Shown: positions 1 through 12,300 of the stretch, one piece after another
Position numbering within the stretch: the first letter of the stretch is position 1
How the letters are laid out: each line of letters begins with the position of its first letter
DNA from: Paragordius varius
Taxonomy: Eukaryota > Animalia > Nematomorpha
Length of the DNA stretch: 64,000 bases
Assembly (NCBI GenBank): GCA_964247055.1
Contig: OZ176056.1
Location: forward strand, 1,364,001 to 1,428,000
Direction of reading: 5' to 3'
Made by a program: the position numbers and the translations under genes
The notes under the pieces: generated by a model
Told to the model about the DNA's origin: nothing
Seen by the model: only the letters and a program-made list of their open reading frames with translations
Databases searched by the model: none

Positions 1-2722
1 TTTAGTCCATTACAGTAAACTCAAGTTAGCCAAGTCTTTACAATAAACCGTCCGGCAAAATCTGTTTTCAATTAATTCTCAACTCGTTAACAACCAAAAC
101 ACCATCTATCTTGTTACTGAATTGGGGCTTCGGTGATGAGTGGATGTACACAATAATACTTTAATCTGTTTAGTCCTTTACTGTAAACTCAAGTTAGCCA
201 AGTCTTACAATAAACCGTCCGGCGAAATCTGTTTTCAATTCTCAACTTGTTAACAACTAAAACACCATCTATCTTGTTACTGAATTGGGGGTTCGGTGAT
301 GAGTGGATGTACACAATAATACTTTAATCTGTTTAGTCCTTTACAGTAAACTCAAGTTAGCCAAATCTTACAATAAACCGTCAGGCAAAATCTGTTTTCA
401 ATTAATTCTCAACTCGTTAACAACTAAAACACCATCTATCTTGTTACCGAATGGGGGCTTCGGTGATGAGTGGATGTACACAATAATACTTTAATCTGTT
501 TAGTCCTTTACAGTAAACTCAAGTTAGCCAAGTCTTTACAATAAACCGTCCGGCAAAATCTGTATTCAATCAATTCTCAACAACTAAAACACCATCTATC
601 TTGTTACTGAATTGGGGCTTCGGTGATGAGTGGTTGTACACAATAATACTATAAGTAAACTCAAGTTAGCCAAATCTTACAATAAACGGTCCGGCGAAAT
701 CTGTTGTCAATTCTCAACTCGCTAACAACTAAAACACCATCTATCTTGTTAGTGAATTGGGGCTTCGGTGATGAGTGGATGCACAAAATAACTTAATCTG
801 TTTAGTCCTTTACAGTAAACTCAAGTTAGCCAAATCTTACAATTAACCGTCCGGCGAAATCTGTTTTCAATTCTCAATTTGTTAACAACTAAAACACCAT
901 CTATCTTGTTACTGAATTGGGGGTTCGGTGATGAGTGGATGTACACAATAATACTTTAATCTGTTTAGTCCTTTACATTAAACTCAAGTTAGCCAAATCT
1001 TACAATAAACCGTCAGGCAAAATCTGTTTTCAATTAATTCTCAACTCGTTAACAACTAAAACACCATCTATCTTGTTACTGAATAGGGGCTTCAGTGATG
1101 AGTGGATGTAAACAATAATACTTCAATCTGTTTAGTCCTTTACAGTAAACTCAAGTTAGCCAAATCTTACAATAAACGGTCCTGCGAAATCTGTTTTCAA
1201 TTCTCAACTCGCTAACAACTAAAACACCATCTATCTTGTTACTGAATTGGGGCTTCGGTGATGAGTGGATGCACAAAATAACTTAATCTGTTTAGTCCTT
1301 TACAGTAAACTCAAGTTAGCCAAATCTTACAATAAACCGTCCGGCGAAATCTGTTTTCAATTCTCAACTTGTTAACAACTAAAACACCATCTATCTTGTT
1401 ACTGAATTGGGGGTTCGGTGATGAGTGGATGTACACAATAATACTTTAATCTGTTTAGTCCTTTACAGTAAACTCAAGTTAGCCAAATCTTACAATAAAC
1501 CGTCCGGCGAAATCTGTTTTCAATTCTCAACTTGTTAACAACTAAAAGACCATCTATCTTGTTACTGAATTGGGGTTTCGGTGATGAGTGGATATACACA
1601 ATAATACTTTAATCTGTTTAGTCCTTTACAGTAAACTCAAGTTAGCCAAGTCTTTACAATAAACCGTCCGGCAAAATCTGTTTTCAATCAATTCTCAACA
1701 ACTAAAACACCATCTATCTTGTTACTGAATTGGGGCTTCGGTGATGAGTGGTTGTACACAATAATACTATAAGTAAACTCAAGTTAGCCAAGTCTTACAA
1801 TAAACCGTCCGGCGAAATCTGTTTTCAATTCTCAACTCCTTAACAGCTAAAACACCATCTATCTTGTTACTGAATTGGGGGTTCGGTGATGAGTGGATGT
1901 ACACAATAATACTTTAATCTGTTTAGTTATTTACAGTAAACTCAAGTTAGCCAATTCTTACAATAAACTGTCCGGCAAAATCTATTTTCAATTAATTCTC
2001 AACTCGTTAACAACCAAAACACCGTCTATCTTGTTACTGAATTGGGGCTTCGGTGATGAGTGGATGCAAACAATAATACTTTAATCAGTTTAGTCATTTA
2101 CAGTAAACTCAAGTTAGCCAAATCTTACAATAAACCGTCCGGCAAAATCTGTTTTCAATTAATTCTCAACTCGTTAACAACCAAAACTCCATCTATCTTG
2201 TTACTGAATGGCGGCTTCGGTGATGAGTGGATGCAAAAATAACTAATCTATTTAATCCTTTACAGTAAACTCAAGTTAGCCAAATCTTACAATAAACCGT
2301 CCGGCGAAATCTGTTTTCAATCAATTCTCAACAACTAAAACACCATCTATCTTGTTACTGAATTGGGGGTTCGGTGATGAGTGGATGTACACAATAATAC
2401 GTTAATCTGTTTAGTCCTTTAAATTAAACTCAAGTTGGCCAAATCTTACAATAAACCGTCCGGCAAAATCTGTTTTCAATCAATTCTCAACTCGTTAACA
2501 ACCAAAACTCCATCTATCTTGTTACTGAATGGCGGCTTCGGTGATGAGTGGATGTACATAATAATACTTTAATCTGTTTAGTCCTTTACAGTAAACTCAA
2601 GTTAGCCAAATCTTACAATAAACCGTCCGGCAAAATCTGTTTTCAATCAATTCTCAACTCGTTAACAACCAAAACACCATCCATCTTGTTACTGAATTGC
2701 GGGCTTAGGTGATGAGTGGATA
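1..2722. repeat. Tandem satellite array 1, monomer ~163-168 bp, ~16 units visible, open at the left edge
   Basis: Repeating unit ...ATCTTGTTACTGAATTGGGGCTTCGGTGATGAGTGGATGTACACAATAATACTTTAATCTGTTTAGTCCTTTACAGTAAACTCAAGTTAGCC...; the array ends at GTGGATATAAAAGACTAG. Confidence 0.98.
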
Positions 2723-3371
2723 TAAAAGACTAGTTTTTTATCGATACAACAAAAACTAACAGTACCGTATTTTGCTTTTCATATACTCCCAATTTGCCTT
2801 TCTCACTCTTATTTTTGTCATATATCTTATTCTCCACGTCTCGATTCCAATTACAAAAGAATTGCAACCATTACCATTATTTTGCAATATTTATTAATGT
2901 TTTATTAAATAATACATATATAACCCATAAAAATGGGGGTCATAACACCTTACAAAATAAAAAATAAATAATTTTAATCGTGTATAATATTCAAATATTG
3001 TATGGTTATTTTTTATAAAATGATTTAGATATATTGACATAAATCAATTAAGGCAGACATCGATTCCGTATACTACCTTCAATTTTTTAACCAAATTAAA
3101 AGTTATTGGCAAGATTTATTTCAAAAATACAAAAATTCTAAAAATTAAAATTTTACAGTGGACAAAACGTAAAAACTAAAAACATATGAGTTTTATAAAA
3201 AATTACCATATTTCTTAACCTTATTTTATAGAATCACCGTTTTTAAGTGCTGACAATATCATATTATATACTTAAAAAGATTTATTTTTGTTTATTTAGG
3301 AATTATCTAGGTTTAAAAGAGTCGGTTGTCTTTTTAGATTGTTATTTAATTTTTGTTTTATCTGTAAATAA

Positions 3372-4488
3372 CACTAGAAAACAAATTTTAACTTTTTTTA
3401 ACTGCCATTCTTGTAAATTTAAAATTTATTTCATTAAAGTACATAATTAGTATATCTGAAAAGAAAATTGGTCTTACATGGAAGAATTTTTTTATATTAG
3501 AGTTTATTGATAATTTTTGGCCCCGATTTAACATTAAACTCGAAATTTCGAAAATTTAAAGTTTTATATATGAAGCCATGTATTTTATATCATGCGAAAG
3601 AGCGCAAAAAACTGCATCTTTTAAATGGTAGTAAGTCATTTAAATCCATCGGATGTAAAAGTTATTTGGATTTAAATGGTCAAAATTTTCAATCCTTAAA
3701 TAAGTCAAGAATTTTCACAGACAAACTAATTTAAAAATCATATAAATTATTTAAATATAATTATTAGGGTTATATTAGTATTTAATTTAAAAAAATGTTT
3801 GGAAAGGCTGGTTTGCTTTTTTAATAAAAAATATTATTATCATAAATATTTAACCTGGTGGATACTAAAATGCATAGTTTTAACTGTAAATTTATTACAT
3901 AATGGCTATAAAAGATCAAAAATACCTTAAACTTTGTTTTTATCTTTAAATTTTCGAGATTATCAGCCTTGTGAAGAAAATAAATTAATATTGATGAGAT
4001 GGTAATTTTTAAAAAACAAAAAACTTAAAAATGGCAGTTTTGAGTGACATAAAGGCAATAAAAAATGTTTTAATTAAAAAAAACTTTCTTATGTTATCTT
4101 TTTTGGACATTCATCTCCATCTAAACAAAGTTTGAGCTATGTTCATCTATTTTTAAAAATATAATAATTAAAATAAATGCTCTCGCTTCGCGCGTTTGTC
4201 GCTCTTTGTGTCCAATATTAACTGTCGATGTAATACATATTAGTATACATTTTATAGAGTTTTTAATACTCTTTCCAATGATATATTACAAATGGGCATT
4301 ACTTGTATATTTTCAAAGAAAAACATTTTTTAGTAAAATTTTGATAAAGAGGGCGCATTATCAAAAAAATCAAATTATACAAAATTCTTCCAACGAGTTA
4401 TAATTTTTATTTCAGATTTACTGTTAAAATGATATTAAATATCAAAAATGCAAAAGACTCGAGTGGCAGAAAAATTTGTTGTCTAGTG
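3372..4488. mobile_element. Non-autonomous CACTA/EnSpm-like DNA element, copy-1 specific
   Basis: Termini CACTAGAAAACAAATTTT...CTGCCA and TGGCAGAAAAATTTGTTGTCTAGTG; 3-bp TAA on both sides (3369-3371, 4489-4491); empty site GTAAATAATTGTTATTG in copy 2 near 41855. Confidence 0.8.
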
Positions 4489-5050
4489 TAATTTTTATTG
4501 TAAAATCGTAAATAAAAATTTAAATGTGCACCAAATTGGGGGAGGGGGGTAGTTATGTCAAAAAATACCCAATTATATATTCTGAAAAAAAATGATAAGA
4601 ATTCTATGTTGCTTTTGTTTTGGGTCTTACCATTAGATTTCGAAAAACTGACAGTTACTAAAATGAATGGTTATTCTAAAATAAATCAAAATGGCGAGAT
4701 TGCGCGACAAAATATTGAATACCTATGACATTAAAAAAAATTAATTTTAAGAAAAAGTTTTAAAACAGGGGCTCTTTTTTTACAATTTATATTAAATTTG
4801 AGCCCCCCTTCTATTTTGCGGAGGCTCAATATTATTACCTTTTTTATTTTAAATATGTAAATAATGTTTCCTGATTCTAAATATACTTAGCAAAGAATAA
4901 AGAGAAAAGTAACTAAAATGAGTGAAGTAGAAATTATCAATCCAGCTAAAAATTTAATGATTAATTATCCAAATGATTTGAGTGAATATTTTTTGATTCA
5001 AATACTGTCGGTTTCTAATTCTCTAAAGGATAAGATCGCTCAAATTAACA

Positions 5051-5326
5051 ATGCCAGGCAACTTAGAGTTTATTACCCCAACAGTTTCAGCCAGTTATGA
5101 TGAAGTTATAACAGCATTATTGTTTTTGACTTTACCAGTTACGGTTGCTTCAGCGGAACGTTCATCAAAGTTAAAAATAATTAAAAATTATATTAGAAGC
5201 ACGATTGCTGAAAAAAGGTTAAACTATTTATCATTACTAGCAATTGAAGCGGAGATGGCGGATCAAAAGGATAAAAAAGATAAAAAAGATATAATTAGAA
5301 AATTTGCTTATGCAAAATCGAGATAA
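5051..5326 (+). pseudogene. hAT transposase C-terminal dimerisation-domain remnant
   Basis: LFLTLPVTVASAERSSKLKIIKNYIRSTIAEKRLNYLSLLAIE matches the hAT motif LTxPVTxASAERSFSxLKxIKxYLRSTMxxxRLxxLxLLxIE; upstream frames are broken. Confidence 0.85.
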
Positions 5327-5585
5327 CGAAATTTTAAAACATGATTTTCTGATTAATACATGTTCTGAAAAAGTTATTTAATTGAAACCTGGAAAAATGA
5401 ACGTTAAGATTAAGGAATTGGCGGTGGTTAGGGAGGGCGGGTTGTTACTAACCATTATATATAAAAATACCAGGAACGCAAAACATTAGACTCAAGATGC
5501 CAAGTCATGTAAATATTATCGTTTTTAAATAATATTTCTTTATGAATCTAAGTGATGCGTGGACTTCTGTTATCAAAAATAAACC

Positions 5586-5760
5586 ATTTTTCACATGGGG
5601 TGGGCCCGAACTGGAGGCCCAATTCAAAAAAAGGCGAAGCTATTGTCGGGGCATTCATTAATGATTTTATTTTTTCGATATTTGAATTTGAATGGGTCAA
5701 CCGGTTTTCCTGTACCAGATCACAAAGCCAGCATTTTCCATTTTTATAAATATATAGATT
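5586..5760 (+). mobile_element. 3' fragment of the Helitron/HINE-like repeat family seen in full at 54231-55401
   Basis: Shares GGGGTGGGCCCGAACTGG...GCGAAGCTATTGTCGGGGCATTC...CACAAAGCCAGCATTTTCCATTTTTATAAATATATAGAT with 55215-55401 and 42931-43110. Confidence 0.75.
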
Positions 5761-6359
5761 CAACTTTTTACTTCTTCCCAATATTTATTGCAATATGTAA
5801 TTAATTATATGGTGGCTGTAATGGTCTTGCGTTTTAACTCTATCAAAAATATTTGACGATTTATTTGAGCTGAGCTGACTGCCTTCAATTTGAAGGAATC
5901 AATTATAAATTAATCCATCCTTTTTGCAAAGTTCCATAATTAGCGAAACTTAAATAACAAATGGCCTAAAAAATTAAAATATTACAGGAATAAGTATATA
6001 TAGATATATACTTAACCTGAAATAATGTGAAAAAAGATGTTTTTTGCTTCAAATTATACATTTATTCATTCTAAAAAACTTATATTGTTGCTTAAATACT
6101 TGTATTTGGCATGGATTTACAAATCCCTTAATAATTAAAATTGTTCACAAAGTATTATTGCAAAATATTTTTGAATCTTAAACGCAATTCAACTTTGTTC
6201 TTAGGCTGTTATAACTTTTAAGTAAGAATGTTTGTTAAATTGTTTATATATTACATTGTAGTGGAGCGTACCTTGTACTATGTATATCTGACCTTATAAA
6301 ATGTTTTTTAACGTGAATATCCAAATATTTTTTTAAATAGTATTTTATTAAATATTCCG

Positions 6360-9300
6360 ATGATGAATGCCATTATGCGAACATTAAGTTATAGTTTTAT
6401 AGCATGTATTCTACTAACTCAAACGACAGGTAATTTGAGCCAATTTGTGGTTTTAGGAAAACTTTTTGACTGCTTTAAATAGTAAATTATGTCAATTTTT
6501 AATTTTAAAATAATTTACAAATTCTTTAGATTTTCACTAAAACTTATATTTCGAGTGATATGGTGTTCTGATTAGATAGAGTAAGGATTCGTCAATGTTA
6601 GTAAATAGATTTAAAAACAATCAGTCATTTATTAGTTACCTTTAACAATAATAATATGTCTCTACTTCAGATCCGTCCAATAACCTTTTTAGACTTTAGC
6701 TATGCAGTAATTTTCTAAATTTTGAGTTTCTATAAAATGCCAACAATATATAAATTTGATATTATAATGCTAAACAAATATGACTAAATGGATATGTAAA
6801 ATCGATCATTATATAAACGATTCATCATCAGTATGATCTGTGGCATTCTTATATTTTAGCATTTTATTTTAGGCTTGTCGGTTTAATATTTCTTTAGAAT
6901 ATATAATAACGCAATAATTAACCTTAGTGACTAACCTATAATTAGGTATTTGATAGAGAAATTCATTTTATTTACTTCATTTTAACTGCAAAAGATCTAA
7001 AATTTTTCAAATGATATCATTGTATTATTTATATTAAAAGTCAATCGATAGGTTTAGTTTATATTATAAGACACCTCTTTACCTTGAGAATTTTGAACTT
7101 ATTTATTGTTTGGTTAAATGCCATGGCATTTTATTCTGTATTGTGAAAATCATAAAATTTTTATTAAAGATAAATATACGTAATTTAAGATGTTCAAAAA
7201 CACATAATTTTTACAGTTTTAAAATACTTGAAGGTAAATTTAAAGTTTCAAGAATAAATTGAGAAGCTAATGTTTTTTTTAAATATTGATAAAAGCTTGC
7301 GAATAATTGTATTAGAAAGCCAATCTACCGGTTTTTTAAATTGATTCGTGCTATACAAAGTTTAATAAATTTTTTTATATATCATATAGCGTATCGTAAA
7401 CAAATTGTATTCGGTAAAGATATATATACACTTACATATTATTATATTTTTACCTGATTATGATTTATTAAATTACTTCAGAATATTAATAATTATGATT
7501 AACTAATATAAATATAATTTAATAAAAAAAATATTTTAACAAAAGTCAATTGATATTTATTACATATAGATATTTATTAACATGTTAAATTAGTTATTGA
7601 GATCAAGGATGATAATTATTCACCTAATACTAATCAATCCAGAACGGATATTGAACAAAGTATAAATATAGCTTTTGTCGAAAAAAATATTTAAATATGT
7701 TCTACAATGGTTGATACTAGAATTATTTTTAAAATTGGTTCCAAATAAACATTTTTTGTTTTGACTTTTCCACATGTTTTTTGAAAATAAACTTTCGTGG
7801 TTTTGTAAGTCATTGTCAAATCTCGATTCCATATTTTTATAATACCATTTTTATGGAAAAAATGTATAACCAGACATCGTATGATTCTAAATCATACAAT
7901 ATAAGAGATTTTTAAAAAAGAAAATGATTAAGCCGTTTATTACCGCGGTTTACAATGCTGTTTCAATCGATATTATAATTAATATTTTTATACATATTTA
8001 TTATTAGGAATTTCAGAAAATATACAAGTTATAATTAAATATATCCCTTTTTCGTTACCATAATTATTTTTATTATGCAATTATTAACTGGCTAATTCAA
8101 ATTTTTTATTTTGAAGAATCTCACTAAAATACCAAACGTGTCAGTTACTGAATACGCAATAAGTAATACTTTTTGGATTAAAATATAATTTATGCAATAT
8201 TTAAAGCAGGGGTGTACCACACTTCCGTGATCCGTGCGTCACTCGGAAAATTTGGAAATATATTTTTAAAAAATTTTCTTGCGAATATAAAATTAATATT
8301 TCCTAAAAAATTTTAGCTTCTCTGGCAACAAACTCGAAATCAATGTATTTGTTTAAAATTTTATTTCTTATGTCTGAATGATAATGTATACCATTAATTC
8401 AAATTTACCTTTGAGCAATTCAAATTCCCCCTCGAACCACTCAAATTCACTCTAAACAATTCACCCTCTCCCTTAACATAAATTATGTGTTTTCGGAATG
8501 ATATAATTCATTCTTGATATGAAACATATTTTTACGACATAGATTATTTTTCAGCATTATATTAAATTTAAACGGAATTTGATATTTTAAAAATATTTTA
8601 AAAAGGTAATTTTTAATCTTAAAAAACACAATTTATTTTAGGGTGAATTTGAAATCTTCGAGGGTGAATTTTTGTTCAAGGTTGAATTTGAACTGTAAAA
8701 TTTAGCTTATATATATTTCAAATGCCGCTCGCCGATTTTTTGATTCAAAAAACCCGCGAAACTATTTTATGTTGGATACCCCTTGTTTTAAGGTTGAAAT
8801 TAAATACTTAAATGATATATTTTACGTGGTACATAGGGTTCCATATATTAGAAATATTGATTTAGCCGATAAAAAATAACGGTATTATTGCTTAGAAATG
8901 CAATTCTAATAATATAAAGAGTTAAATGGTTTAAATAGTGAAAATTCAATTTTTCTATGACCATATATATTATTAAAAATACTTATTTGGTCAGAAAATT
9001 AAGTTTACTATAGTCGAATTCATATTTCTATTAGCCATATCATATGGTTGTTTAAGTATTGACTGGTTATTTTTAATACTTACAAGCAGGAATTTGTAAC
9101 CGGGGTCAGTCTCAATAAGGATTTATAGTAAAATTTGTTTTATTTTTTCAGATTCAATTGAAACTCAGTTATGGATAAATATTATTATGAACAGGTCTCG
9201 TAATTATAAAACTTATATCTTCTGTATACTAATATTTACAGTAAATTTAAATTATACAGACTCGTAAAAATATAAATACAAATATCATTTTAACATGGAT

Positions 9301-12300
9301 ATAGTTTTTGAGACTTGATTATTTCAATTATAACTCATTGTTTTAAAATGCAAAGTATGAAATAGAGATGTATATTGGTAACACAATTTATATATTCTAC
9401 GAATGTAAATAATAGTTTATTTAGAAAAAATAAAGATTTTAAAAAGTATGATTGCTTTTCAAAAAAATATTTGTTTCTTTATGTTTTCAGTTTTGTCTTA
9501 GAATTCCAATTTTTACTGTACAATATAAATTTAGCTTTACAAAAAATTTTAAATATACTTTTTTAGGCAGGGCCAGGAGAAACAAGTAAAAGCGTGAGGG
9601 TTTTTTTCTATCTAAATTTTATGTATTTGAACATGTTTTAACAAAGATAATAGATAAATAAGAAATATAAATTTTTATTACAGTATGCATTTTAATGGTT
9701 GATTATTTCACAGTACAGTATAGTTGGGCAATTTGCAACACAGTAATTAGTGTATGGAAAAAACAACAAAATGTTGAATAAACAATTTCCTTTCTTTTTT
9801 CCATACATACACTCCTGTGTTGCAAATTGCCCTACTATAAAATAAGCAACCATTAAAATGCATAATAATGTATATTAATTGCCTTTGCTCATTGTATAAA
9901 TCTTATTTTTATGTTAAAGAATTGATTACCTCATTTTTTAGTCTAGAGGTTTTTACATTTTTACACAATGTTAACCAACGATCTTTATAAATATAAAAAA
10001 TTTTGTTGTTAAAATGGTTAAAGATTTTAATGCGGAGTTTTTTAACAATAATTGTGAATATTATTCATTTTTAATTTAGCTGCCAATATAAATAAACACT
10101 CTAATAAAACGGTTATTATATTTGTAAATTGCATTAATAATCAGGCTTTATTTTTGTGTTGATCCAATGAAGTTATAGGAATTTAACGAATATTCATTAA
10201 TGAATTTATTATTAATTTTGCTGATATTGCATCAAATTATTCAAAAAAAATAATTTGCTACTTTTTTATATTCATAAGATTTTATACTCCGTGCTTAAAA
10301 TTTGGTAAAAAATTTCGAAAATCATAGCGACACGTTTGAAATAAATGCAGTGATATGACATTAAATAAAACTTTATAGTAATATTAATCTTAGAAGATAT
10401 ATGAAAGGCCGAATAAAACAAGCCCAATTTACCAAGGTCGGACTCAAGTATCAAAATATATTTAATATAAAAGGATCCTGGCATTGATGGAAAAGAACTT
10501 TTAGCTGCTTCTCCTGGTATACTATTTCTACATAAATTTATATAATTTAAAATAAATTTTAAATGAGACTCCTTGAAATAGTTAGACATTATGGCATTTA
10601 TTGTCAACATTTACATGATGTTAATCAGAAGAATATTTAAGGATTTTATAAATAAAAATAAAAACAGTACATTTACATTTTAAGATTAAATAAAATCACT
10701 TACTTTGATTGACTCACAATTTAATATAAGAATGGGTAAAAAACAGGGGTAACTAATACAAATGGCTTCATGGAACGCATTTTCAACTTACAGTCATGTA
10801 TCCTTTATTTTATTAAAATTTATTTTTTTTTCTTTAAATGGGTATAAATATTTGTTAAAGAATGGAAAAAACAAAAGTTCTATGGTATTAACAATATCAT
10901 ATTCATCAAAAAAGTATAAGAATTACCATAGAGCTCTTGTTTTTTCATTCTTTACCAAATATTTATACCCGTTTACGAAAAGAAAAATAAATTTTTGATA
11001 AAATAAAGCATACATGACTATAATCGCATTCGTAATATATATATATATATATATATATACTAATTATTCACAAATTTAGCAAAATTTTTCCAAAAAATTT
11101 GAATAAAATAAATGGACATATTTTTGCCAATTATTATATTTCATATTTAATTGATAATTCACAAAAATGTTGGAGGACAGCGGTTCAAGATACCCCTGGA
11201 TAACATTATTTTTAGGATTACATCATTTTTAAGCTAAAAAAGTTTAATTATACCAGTTATTTAAAAAATTTTGTGTAAATATCGAAGAGTTTTGTCTTAA
11301 AAATTTTATTACTAATTTAATTTTATCATTGATTTAAATTAGTTGTTGCAGCGATCGGAATTGGTATGATACATATTTGTCTTTTCTATCAATCTCTCGA
11401 AATATATTTTTGATTTATAAACTTCTTAGGTGCCCTAGCTCCACAAGGTATTTCTTCGTAATTGCTTTATATCTAACATAAGAGTTGGTTATTCTAACCG
11501 TTAAAATTTAGATTAAAAAATATAGAAATAATTAAAACTAAATTATATTTTATCCAATATTTGATAAATTATTTATATTTTTTATAGTGAGTTAATGTAA
11601 AATTGATTTAATTTTTTTCACAACTATATAATTTATTTTTTTTACGCCTGGAATTTTTTTTTAAATTATTCATATATATTTCAAACTAATTATTATTAAT
11701 GGTTAAAATGAGGATTTATTAGGCTCAGCAACGTGTAATTCTTTTGTTTAAAATTTACCAATTTAAAAAAAATTCACACTAAAAATATTTTTTATTAAGT
11801 TATATTATTTAATACTTTTAGTGGCAGGTAAACGTTAATGATTTAATTTAATTGCAAATATTTTAATATTACCCGATAAAGTTTGGGTGTTTATTCGACG
11901 TAAAATGTAATTTTGAATTTTAATATTTATTTTAATCATAGTAAAATAAATAAATTACCTTAATGCAAAAAACGGAAAAACTCAAAGAAGGATTTATTTT
12001 TATAAAAGACAACTCTTTCTTAAAATGTTGACTTTTATAAAATCAACTCAGCCTTTTGTGGTTTCCAAAATGATTTATTGAGATTTAATAAAAACATGAA
12101 ATTAAATTTTGGAAAAAATCAAGGCAAAAAAATGTTTGACTTTTTTGAGAAATCTTTGTACGTTTTGTCCATATTTTCACAGAATTAAGTCTTACAATAA
12201 TAAATGTTTTGAATCAAAAAGTTAGCTGATTTGACCTTTTTAAGATATAAATTTTTATTAAATTATATTAGCTTGTATTAATATATCTGGTGTCATTTCC

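Noticed and set aside
303-2242. Repeated 60-64 aa ORFs (MDVHNNTLICLVLYSK...) here and at 33921-40873
   Set aside because: They are translations of satellite monomers. They start at GTG, monomer lengths are mostly not multiples of 3, and frequent 1-4 nt indels break the frame.
4918-5100. ORF MSEVEIINPAKNLMINYPNDLSEYF (also 42279-42461)
   Set aside because: Probably an upstream, frameshifted part of the same hAT transposase remnant, not a separate gene.
10272-10998. ORF-track entries 10272-10610 (-) and 10762-10998 (+), and similar AT-rich ORFs (3247, 3507, 4206, 9375, 19682, 43931, 51207, 55997)
   Set aside because: I/K/F/Y/N-rich chance frames, MITE-derived, or intron read-through around real micro-exons; not conserved as ORFs in the paralogous copy.
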